Shown: positions 1 through 9,501 of the stretch, piece after piece
Position numbering within the stretch: the stretch's first letter is position 1
How the letters are laid out: every line of letters starts with the position of its first letter
Assembly: GCA_963666515.2 (NCBI GenBank)
Contig: OY762897.2
Location: 2,720,001 to 2,784,000, forward strand
Direction of reading: 5' to 3'
DNA length: 64,000 nucleotides
DNA from: Candidatus Binatia bacterium
GTDB lineage: Bacteria > Desulfobacterota > Binatia > UBA9968 > JAJDTQ01
Position numbers and translations under genes: made by a program
Notes under the pieces: model-generated
Database searches by the model: none
What the model was told of the DNA's origin: nothing
Seen by the model: only the letters and a program-made list of their open reading frames with translations

Positions 1-1
1 C

Positions 2-505
2 CGGCAGCATCATGAAGACCCCGCCCGGGACCAGCACGATGCCCTGCAGGAAGCAGATCCAGGACACCTGGTAGACATCGAACAGGGCGCCGCCCGTGAA
101 CTTGGTCATTCCGAAGAGCGTGTTGACGAGCCCGGAGGTCGGATTGAACAGCCACACGTACGACATGGCGGTGATGAAACCGGGGATCGCCAGCTTTGCC
201 GTCAGTAGCGTGAACAGGCCGGTGCGGTAGCGGAAATCCGTGCGCGCCAGGAGCCAGGTGAACGGGAAGGCGAACACGAACATCCAGAAAACGGTGCCCA
301 CCCCAAGAAGGGCGGTCCTGCCCGTGACGCTGTAAAGGTGCTTCTGGGTGAGCAGCTCGACGTAGTTGGCGAACGTGTACTGCCCGTCGACATCCTGGTC
401 GGCGAAGCTGGTGACTATGTTGCCGAAGACGGTGACGCACACCAGCGCCAGCCCGGAGATCGCCAGCAGGTAGACCCAGCCGATACCGAGCAATCTAGTT
501 CGCAC
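2..505 (-). CDS. ABC transporter permease, FbpB/Fe3+-polyamine type (3' end runs off window)
   Basis: Manual translation from GTG at 505: MRTRLLGIGWVYLLAISGLALVC...FTWLLARTDFRYRT...IPGFITAMSYVWLFNPTSGLVN. Multiple TM segments; overlaps the ATPase stop. Confidence 0.8.
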   Translation of the reverse strand, partial: MRTRLLGIGWVYLLAISGLALVCVTVFGNIVTSFADQDVDGQYTFANYVELLTQKHLYSVTGRTALLGVGTVFWMFVFAFPFTWLLARTDFRYRTGLFTLLTAKLAIPGFITAMSYVWLFNPTSGLVNTLFGMTKFTGGALFDVYQVSWICFLQGIVLVPGGVFMMLP

Positions 506-1664
506 GAGCCGCTTCCTCGCCGGCGAGCCCGCCTTCGATGCCTTCCATGTCCAGCCCGTCGGACGGCGCGACCACGACGGTCTCCGCCGGCGGAAAATGA
601 AGCCGGATCGAATCCCCGCGGCTGATGGCCTCGCGGTGATGCCGCCTCACCCTCACCGGCTGGCCGCAGGACTCGACGGTGTGCACGTAACCCTCCCCGA
701 CGTAGCTCGATGACGCCACCGTGCCCGTGACGAGATTGGCCGAATCCCCCGGGATGCCGCTGCCGATCTCGATGTCTTCCGGGCGGATTCCCACCATGCA
801 GGTAGCGCCGTTCAAAAAACCGTCACGGCTGGTCAGTTGCGCGTCGAGTTGGCCGAAGGCGGTCTCCACGTGAACCGTGCCCCCGTTGCAGCCCCGATAG
901 ACCGCCGGGAAAATGTTCATGTCGCCGATGAACCGCGCGACGAACTCGTTTTCCGGACGGTGATAGACGGCTTGCGGATCGCCGATCTGGACGATCCGGC
1001 CCTCCGACATCACGGCGATGCGGTCGCCGGTCTCAAGGGCCTCCGCCTGGTTGTGGGTGACGTGGACCGTCGTCAGGTTCAGGCGGTGCATCAGGTCGCG
1101 CATCTGGGCGCGCAGCCGGACCTGGAGCTTGAAGTCCAGGTTGCTCAGCGGCTCGTCCATCAACAGGATGCGGGGCTGCAGCGCCAGTGCCCGCGCCAGC
1201 GCCACCCGCTGCTGCTGGCCGCCGCTCAGGGTAATGACCGGACGTTCCGCCAGGGCGTCGAGACCGAGCATCTCGAGCACCTCTCCGACGCGGCCCCGCA
1301 CCGCCTCCTTGTCCATCTTCAGCCGCCCGCGGCGGAGCGGGAAGGCGATGTTCTCGAACACGTCCATGTGCGGCCAGATGGCGTAGGACTGGAACACCAT
1401 GGCGATGGGGCGCTGATCGGGTGGGACGAAAACGCCGTTCTCCGCGTCGAAGATGGGGTGCCCGTCGATGCGGATGTCACCCGCGGTGGGGCGCTCCAGC
1501 CCGGCGATGGAACGCAGCATGGTGGTCTTGCCGCAACCCGACGGGCCCAGCAGGACAAAGAACTCGCCCGTGGCGATATCCAGGTCGATGCCCCGCAACG
1601 CGTGCACGACGCCGTCCCGCAATGGGAACTTCGCCTCCAGACGCCGTGTCTGCAGCACCGCCAT
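495..1664 (-). CDS. ABC transporter ATP-binding protein (PotA/FbpC type, TOBE tail)
   Basis: Walker A GPSGCGKT, signature LSGGQQQR, Walker B LLMDEP. Confidence 0.95.
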   Translation of the reverse strand: MAVLQTRRLEAKFPLRDGVVHALRGIDLDIATGEFFVLLGPSGCGKTTMLRSIAGLERPTAGDIRIDGHPIFDAENGVFVPPDQRPIAMVFQSYAIWPHMDVFENIAFPLRRGRLKMDKEAVRGRVGEVLEMLGLDALAERPVITLSGGQQQRVALARALALQPRILLMDEPLSNLDFKLQVRLRAQMRDLMHRLNLTTVHVTHNQAEALETGDRIAVMSEGRIVQIGDPQAVYHRPENEFVARFIGDMNIFPAVYRGCNGGTVHVETAFGQLDAQLTSRDGFLNGATCMVGIRPEDIEIGSGIPGDSANLVTGTVASSSYVGEGYVHTVESCGQPVRVRRHHREAISRGDSIRLHFPPAETVVVAPSDGLDMEGIEGGLAGEEAARAN

Positions 1665-1688
1665 AGTCTAAGGTTCCAGGGTTACGGT

Positions 1689-2699
1689 CTATTCGGGCGC
1701 GAGAACCCCTTCGTCTTGCAGCCGCTTGATGGTCGCTTTGGCCGTGGCGCGCGCGTCGCCGCCGGTGTCCTTGGACATGAAGGTCTGCTTCTCGAATTCC
1801 CGGCCGAAGAACTCGGACTTGACCTGCGCCGGGAAGTTCATGAACACCTCGGTGCGCCGCTTCCGCTGCCGGTCGAGATCGACGGTCGAGACCAGCACGG
1901 ACTCGCCCGCGCCGTCGATGCGGGCGTCGACGTGGCCGAGGTAGTCTATCACCGTGGAGGCGCCGCGCGTGCCCTGCGCCGCGCTGTACCGGCCGCTCAG
2001 GGCGCCGGCGTTGGCCGAGGCCACGTAGACGAGGTTCTCGTAGGCGCGCGACCGGCGCACCTGATCGCGCGTCTCGGCCATGGGTCCGTTGGTCTCGGTG
2101 GTCGGGTGCAGCAGGATCTCCGCGCCGCGAAAGGTCAGGGCGCGGGACAACTCGAAGAAGTTCACGTCGTGCTCCACGATCGTCGCGAGCCGCCCGTACG
2201 GCGTATAGAGCACCGGGAACAGGGACTCCTCGCCGTACCGGCGAACGTATTCCGTGTAGACGTCGGCGGGACAGACGCTGGGGATCAACCCTTCGACGTT
2301 GTGCTCGTGGCACTTGCGGTAACGCAGCTCGACCGCGCCGGAGGGGCCGACGATGAAACCCGCGGTGAACCAGACATCGGGCCAATCCGGATCGCGTTCG
2401 AAGGCGGCTCCCGCCACATAGACCTGGTGCTCCCGGGCAAACGCGCCGATCATGTCGGTTTCGGGTCCGGGTATCTCGATGCAGACCTTCTTCCAGTCGC
2501 CGGCGGTGCGCTTGTGGTTGAAGCCCTGAAGCCAGGCCTCGGGGAACACCACGACGCGCGCCTCGTCCCGGACCACCGCCGCCTCGGCGATATCCAGCCC
2601 GCGCCGGAGGTTGCGGGCGATGACGTCGTCCTTGCGCGCCGGGTCGTCGATGACCTCGATGAACGACTGGACACAGGCGATATGGAACTTCTTCGGCAT
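1689..2699 (-). CDS. Nitrilase-superfamily protein lacking the catalytic Cys (C->E)
   Basis: Start MPKKFHIACVQ at 2699. Motifs VVFPE (Glu), RYRK (Lys) and RSRAYEN are present, but the nucleophile motif reads IVEHD. Confidence 0.85.
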   Translation of the reverse strand: MPKKFHIACVQSFIEVIDDPARKDDVIARNLRRGLDIAEAAVVRDEARVVVFPEAWLQGFNHKRTAGDWKKVCIEIPGPETDMIGAFAREHQVYVAGAAFERDPDWPDVWFTAGFIVGPSGAVELRYRKCHEHNVEGLIPSVCPADVYTEYVRRYGEESLFPVLYTPYGRLATIVEHDVNFFELSRALTFRGAEILLHPTTETNGPMAETRDQVRRSRAYENLVYVASANAGALSGRYSAAQGTRGASTVIDYLGHVDARIDGAGESVLVSTVDLDRQRKRRTEVFMNFPAQVKSEFFGREFEKQTFMSKDTGGDARATAKATIKRLQDEGVLAPE

Positions 2700-2701
2700 G
2701 G

Positions 2702-3856
2702 TCAGGCCAGGGCGCGGTTCTGTTGTTCCGATGGGGGCGCCGGTTCGTATCCCTCGGGCGGCGCGTAGACACCGTCCCGGAGATAGCGGGCGATGACGGC
2801 CTCGGTGCTTTGCCGCGCCTCCGACTTGTGCGCGATGGGTTGCTCCAGCCAGCGGTTGATGCCGGTGGCCTGGTGCCGGGTGTATTCGCGCGCATAGATC
2901 TCCGTGCGCGACTGCACCAGGATGTTGTCGCGTATCTCCGCGCGCCGTTCCCTCAGAGCCCGCAGGTCGATGGGGCCGATGGCCAGCGCCTCGCCGGGGT
3001 TCGGAGCCGCGCCGGCCACCTTGCCGTTGAAATCGACGATCTCCGAACCGCCGTGAGAACGATGCAGGGGCGAGATCTCGCCGTCGCGCCGCTCCTGGAA
3101 GTTCAGGCCCGGCGAATCCGCGAACACGTTGCCCGACACCTGCGCGGCATAGCCGCCGTGATTGGAGGAGATGACGTACATGCAGTTCTCGTAGGCACGG
3201 GTGCGCCGGCTCATCTCCCACGGTTCCCGGTGCGGTCCATACGGCTCGCCCGTGCAGTGCAGCAAGATCTCGGCGCCGTGCTGCGCGAAGGCGCGCGGCA
3301 TCTCCGGGAAGTTGATGTCGTAGCAGTTGATGAGCGCAAGCCGCCCGATCTCGGTGTCCACCACCGGGAACAGAGCATCTTCCCCGCCCTCGTTCTTCAC
3401 GTACAGGTCATAGCAGCCGGTAGGGGTGGAATAGGTCGTGTGCCCCTGGACGTCGGCGCCGTTGATCTTGCGATAGCGCAGCAGGAGGTCGCCCGACGGC
3501 CCGAACAGGTAGGCGGAATTGAACCAGCGATTCGGATAGGCCGGATCGTACTCCATGGTTCCGCCGGCGACGTAGGCGCGGTTGATGCGCGCGAAGTTGG
3601 CGAGGGGTTCGAGCTCCGGACCGGGAATACGGAGGGCGATGCGTGTCCATTCCTCCACCGACCGGACGTGCTCGACGCCGGTCAGGGAAAACTCGGGCAG
3701 GACATAGAGCTTTGCCTGGCCCCAGCGGCAGCTCACGTATTCCATCAGCGAGAGGTAGCGGTTGACGTTCTCGCGGATGATGGCGTCGCGCCATTCCGGT
3801 TCCCGCACGTGCCGGATAATCGTCTGAACGGCGACGGCCGTGTACTTGTCGATCAT
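2702..3856 (-). CDS. Nitrilase-superfamily carbon-nitrogen hydrolase (intact E-K-C triad)
   Basis: YVLPEF, RYRK, INCYD and RTRAYEN motifs. Confidence 0.9.
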   Translation of the reverse strand: MIDKYTAVAVQTIIRHVREPEWRDAIIRENVNRYLSLMEYVSCRWGQAKLYVLPEFSLTGVEHVRSVEEWTRIALRIPGPELEPLANFARINRAYVAGGTMEYDPAYPNRWFNSAYLFGPSGDLLLRYRKINGADVQGHTTYSTPTGCYDLYVKNEGGEDALFPVVDTEIGRLALINCYDINFPEMPRAFAQHGAEILLHCTGEPYGPHREPWEMSRRTRAYENCMYVISSNHGGYAAQVSGNVFADSPGLNFQERRDGEISPLHRSHGGSEIVDFNGKVAGAAPNPGEALAIGPIDLRALRERRAEIRDNILVQSRTEIYAREYTRHQATGINRWLEQPIAHKSEARQSTEAVIARYLRDGVYAPPEGYEPAPPSEQQNRALA

Positions 3857-5025
3857 GCTGGAACTCCCTCTGCTTCTACGGTCGCCGTCCGTTCTTCCAG
3901 GCCGAGACGACGCGCCACGGGAAACACCTCGTCACGGAGCAGGCTCATGGTCTGATGGACGCTCTCGTCGGGCACGTTGCCGATCTTGACGCTGAGATTG
4001 GTCACGCCGTGACCGAACTCCTCGTACAGTCGCGTGATCTGTTCGATGGCCATGTCGGGCGTCCCACACATGACCAGGCCGCGCTCCATCCGTTCCTCAA
4101 GGGAAAGCTGATTGTGTGTCCGAAGCTTGGTCGTCTGGCGTTCGGCGTCCTGTTCGTCTTTGAAGTAGCGGGTCTTCTGGACCACCAGCCGCTGCGCCGT
4201 GCGGATGCCGCCGCCCAGCACGTTGAAGAAGTAGTCGTAGCCCTGGCGCAGCGTCTTGACCGCCTCGTCCCTGGTCGGGGCGACGGAGCAGTTCATGGCG
4301 AGGATGATGTTGTGCGGCTGCGGCTCCCAGCCGAGCTTTCGTGCATGTTCCCTGTAGACGTCGATGGAGTGGTGCGCGGTTTCGTAATCCTGGACGCGCA
4401 GGACCCCCATGGTCGCGCCGTGCTCGGCGGCCAGGCGCGCGGAGCCGTCGCTGCTCGCCGACATGACGATCTCGGGGTGCGGCTTCTGGGCCGGCTTGGG
4501 CCAGATCGAGACTGCGCGGAACTGATAGTATTCGCCCTCCCAGCCGAACGGCTCCGGCTCGGTCCAGGCCTTCTTGATCAGCTCGATGGCCTCGTTCATG
4601 CGCCCGTAGGACTCGCTGGGCGCCACGTTGTAGGCCACGTACTCATGCGGAATGCCGCGCATGAACCCGGCCACCAGCCGGCCGCCGGAGATCATGTCCA
4701 GCATGGCGTATTCCTCGGCCACGCGGATCGGGTTGACGATCGGCACGATGTTGCCGGATTGCAGGATCATCGACTTGCGGGTCCGCTCGGCGACGCAGGC
4801 GCCGATCAGGTTGGGGTTCGGCATCAGCCCGTAGGGGCTCATGTGGTGCTCGTTGTTGCCGATCCAGTCGAAGCCGCATTCTTCCGCGAACACCTTGGTG
4901 TCGATCCCTGCCCGGAAGATCCGCATGCCTTCGTCCGGCTGGAACTGCTTGTTGGCCACCGGCCAATCCTGCCCTACCCTGGTGACTCCGGTATAGGGCA
5001 TGTGGTGCGTGTATGAGAATTTCAT
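3853..5025 (-). CDS. LLM-class (luciferase-like) flavin-dependent monooxygenase
   Basis: GFDWIGNNEHH and NPIRVAEEYAMLDMISGGRLVAGFMRG motifs; AAGGAG RBS before ATG 5025. Confidence 0.9.
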   Translation of the reverse strand: MKFSYTHHMPYTGVTRVGQDWPVANKQFQPDEGMRIFRAGIDTKVFAEECGFDWIGNNEHHMSPYGLMPNPNLIGACVAERTRKSMILQSGNIVPIVNPIRVAEEYAMLDMISGGRLVAGFMRGIPHEYVAYNVAPSESYGRMNEAIELIKKAWTEPEPFGWEGEYYQFRAVSIWPKPAQKPHPEIVMSASSDGSARLAAEHGATMGVLRVQDYETAHHSIDVYREHARKLGWEPQPHNIILAMNCSVAPTRDEAVKTLRQGYDYFFNVLGGGIRTAQRLVVQKTRYFKDEQDAERQTTKLRTHNQLSLEERMERGLVMCGTPDMAIEQITRLYEEFGHGVTNLSVKIGNVPDESVHQTMSLLRDEVFPVARRLGLEERTATVEAEGVPA

Positions 5026-5150
5026 TCCCACTCCTTGGGAGGGCGCGGCCCGTTCCATTGGGATCGGGAAATACTGGACGGTTCGCTTGGGTGCGCGTCT
5101 GCATCCTCGGTCAATGTCCTATGTCTTGTCAACCATGAGCCGGACGCGCA

Positions 5151-5215
5151 CGAATTGGACGGAGGTCCATTCCGAATTGGACGGCGAGCCATTCCGAAAC
5201 GGACGGAGTCCATAC
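5151..5215. repeat. Three tandem ~22-bp imperfect repeats upstream of the LLM operon (candidate operator array)
   Basis: cgaattggacggaggtccattc / cgaattggacggcgagccattc / cgaaacggacggagtccatac. Unit 1 contains palindrome TGGAC-N4-GTCCA; minus-strand TTGACA at 5127-5132. Confidence 0.65.
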
Positions 5216-5249
5216 CGTCCTGATACGCGCGTCCGAGGCACACCGGTCC

Positions 5250-6935
<1,686 letters not shown>

Positions 6936-6952
<17 letters not shown>

Positions 6953-7715
6953 AGAGCGGCACCGGCAAGCCTCCTCCCGTGGCCGAAACGGCGCCCGGCG
7001 CGCGCCGCTCCCACGATTCCCGCACGGGCTTGAAGCTGCAACGGTGGATGGGACAAGGCCCGTAGCGGTCGAGGGCCGCTGAATGCCGGCGGCTCCGGTA
7101 ACCCTTGTGGCTGGCGAAACCGTACTCGGGATACAGAGCGTCCAGCTCCACCATCATGCGGTCCCGAGCCACCTTGGCGATGATGGACGCCGCCGCGATG
7201 GAGAAGCACAACCGGTCACCGCCCTTGAGGGTGCGCTGCGCCGGGGCGGCTGTCCACGGCCCGCCGTCCCCCACGAGGCTGGCGGCGGGAATGCCGTAAG
7301 GACCGTCCACCATCAGATAATCCGGGGCCAGGTTCAGGCCCCGCACGGCGCGGGCCATGGCCAGCAGGCTCGCCTGCAGGATGTTGAGGTCGTCGATCTC
7401 GCGTGAATCGGCCACGCCCACGGCCCAGGAACCGGCCCTCTCCTTGATCCACTCGGTCAGACGCTCGCGCTTCCTGGCCGTCAGGAGCTTGGAATCCTTG
7501 ACGTCAGGATTGAACACACCCGGCTCGAAGACCACGGCAGCCGCTACCACCGGACCGGCCAACGGGCCCCGGCCGACTTCGTCCACGCCGGCGATTCGCC
7601 GGAATCCCCGCGACAACGCGTCCGTTTCATAGAACGTGCCGTCGGGTCCGCGACGCTCCAGAGCGAGCAAACGGCCGTTTCGGGACGGTTCTGGCGAGGT
7701 TCGTTTGCCGGGCAT
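6936..7715 (-). CDS. rnhB: Ribonuclease HII
   Basis: AGVDEVGRGPLAGPV, DSKLL, SIAAASIIAKVARD, HKGY. Start position uncertain. Confidence 0.95.
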
Positions 7716-7740
7716 TCGAGGCGTATGATAGAAAATCGGC

Positions 7741-8028
7741 GTGAAAATCACCAGCGAAGAGGTCCGTCATGTGGCCACCCTCGCCCGTCTGGACCTCACA
7801 CCGGACGAGCAGGAACGACTCACCGGCCAGCTCGACCGCATCCTCGACTACATGGACAAGCTCAACGAGCTCGACACCGAGAACGTCGAGCCGATGTCCC
7901 ACGCGGTGAACGTCGTCAACGTCCTGCGCCCGGACCGGGCCGTCAACCAGCCCCGGACCGAGGACTTGCTGCGCAACGCTCCCGCCCGCGACGACGACTT
8001 CCTGAGCGTCCCCAAGATCATTGAATGA
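7741..8028 (+). CDS. gatC: Asp/Glu-tRNA amidotransferase subunit C
   Basis: [12 protein letters not shown]...[18 protein letters not shown]...FLSVPKII; overlaps gatA start. Confidence 0.95.
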   Translation: MKITSEEVRHVATLARLDLTPDEQERLTGQLDRILDYMDKLNELDTENVEPMSHAVNVVNVLRPDRAVNQPRTEDLLRNAPARDDDFLSVPKIIE

Positions 8029-9488
8029 CGGTTCACGACCTTACCCTGCACGAGTTGCACGAACGGCTGCGAGCCCGTGAGTTGAGCGCGGTGGAGCTGG
8101 CGGAGGCGCTGTTTGACCGCATTGAGGCCACGGACGGTGCCATCGGCGCCTATCTTGCCGTATGCCGCGAGCAGGGCATGGAAGAGGCGCGCCGGGCCGA
8201 CGAGCGGCTCGCCGCCGGCGATGCGTCCTCGAAGCTCCTGGGCATACCGGTGGCGTTCAAGGACGTGCTCCTGACAGAGGGCCTGCCCACCACCTGCGCC
8301 TCGAAGATCCTGCAGGGTTTCACGCCGCCCTACGACGGCACCGCGGTGCGGCGCCTCCGCGAGGCCGGGGCAGTGGTGCTGGGCAAGACCAACATGGACG
8401 AGTTCGCCATGGGCTCCTCCACCGAGAACTCCGGCTACGCCGTCACCCGCAATCCGTGGAACCTCGGCCATGTGCCGGGCGGCTCCTCGGGCGGCTCCGC
8501 CGCCGCGGTGGCGGCCGGCCAATGCGTCGCGGCGCTGGGCACCGACACCGGCGGATCGATCCGCCAGCCCGCGTCGTTCTGCGGCATCGTGGGCCTCAAG
8601 CCCACCTACGGGCGGGTGAGCCGGTACGGCGTGGTGGCCTACGCCTCGTCGCTAGACCAGGTGGGGCCCATGACCCGGGACGTCACCGACTGCGCACTGG
8701 TGCTCCAGGCCATCGCCGGCCACGACCCCGCGGACTCCACCTCGGTGGACGTACCGGTGCCGGACTACGGCGCGGCGCTTACGGGAGATGTCAAGGGATT
8801 GAAGATCGGCGTGCCGAAGGAGTATTTCGCAGCCGGGCTCCAGCCCGAGGTGGAGCAGGCTGTACGAGAGGGTATCGCAGAACTGGAGAAGGCCGGCGCC
8901 GTGGTGACGGAGGTATCGCTGCCGCGTAACGACTACGCCGTGGCCGCCTACTACGTCATCGCGGCCGCCGAGGCCAGCTCGAACCTGGCACGCTACGACG
9001 GCATGCGCTACGGCCCCCGTGCCCAAGCCGGGGACCTGACCTCCACCTACATGAAAAGCCGCGCCCAAGGCTTCGGGCACGAGGTGAAACGGCGGATCAT
9101 GCTGGGCACCTACGTGCTCTCCGCCGGCTACTACGACGCCTACTACCTCAAGGCGCAGAGGGTGAGAGCCCTGCTCAAGCAAGACATGGAGTCGGTCCTG
9201 ACGGACTGCGACGCCATCGTCGCGCCCACCTGCCCCACCACCGCCTTCAAGCTCGAAGAGATGATCCACGACCCGCTACAGATGTACCTGTCGGACATCC
9301 TCACCATCTCGGTGAACCTCGCGGGGCTACCGGCGTTATCCGTGCCCTGCGGCTTCGACCGCACCGGCCTACCCATCGGCATGCAGATAATCGGCAAACA
9401 CTTCGACGAGGCCACGCTGTTGCAGGTGGGCTACGCCTACGAGCAAACCACGGATTGGCATACGCGGAGACCCGTGCTCCAGTTGTAG
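8025..9488 (+). CDS. gatA: Asp/Glu-tRNA amidotransferase subunit A
   Basis: Amidase signature [59 protein letters not shown]. Confidence 0.97.
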   Translation: MTVHDLTLHELHERLRARELSAVELAEALFDRIEATDGAIGAYLAVCREQGMEEARRADERLAAGDASSKLLGIPVAFKDVLLTEGLPTTCASKILQGFTPPYDGTAVRRLREAGAVVLGKTNMDEFAMGSSTENSGYAVTRNPWNLGHVPGGSSGGSAAAVAAGQCVAALGTDTGGSIRQPASFCGIVGLKPTYGRVSRYGVVAYASSLDQVGPMTRDVTDCALVLQAIAGHDPADSTSVDVPVPDYGAALTGDVKGLKIGVPKEYFAAGLQPEVEQAVREGIAELEKAGAVVTEVSLPRNDYAVAAYYVIAAAEASSNLARYDGMRYGPRAQAGDLTSTYMKSRAQGFGHEVKRRIMLGTYVLSAGYYDAYYLKAQRVRALLKQDMESVLTDCDAIVAPTCPTTAFKLEEMIHDPLQMYLSDILTISVNLAGLPALSVPCGFDRTGLPIGMQIIGKHFDEATLLQVGYAYEQTTDWHTRRPVLQL

Positions 9489-9501
9489 TGTCCCTTGCGC
9501 C

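Noticed and set aside
1689-3221. 510-aa version of the downstream nitrilase ORF
   Set aside because: The extension overlaps the upstream nitrilase out of frame; the fold begins at MPKKFH (2699).
5151-5215. CRISPR array
   Set aside because: Units are contiguous and degenerate, with no spacers and no cas genes in the window.
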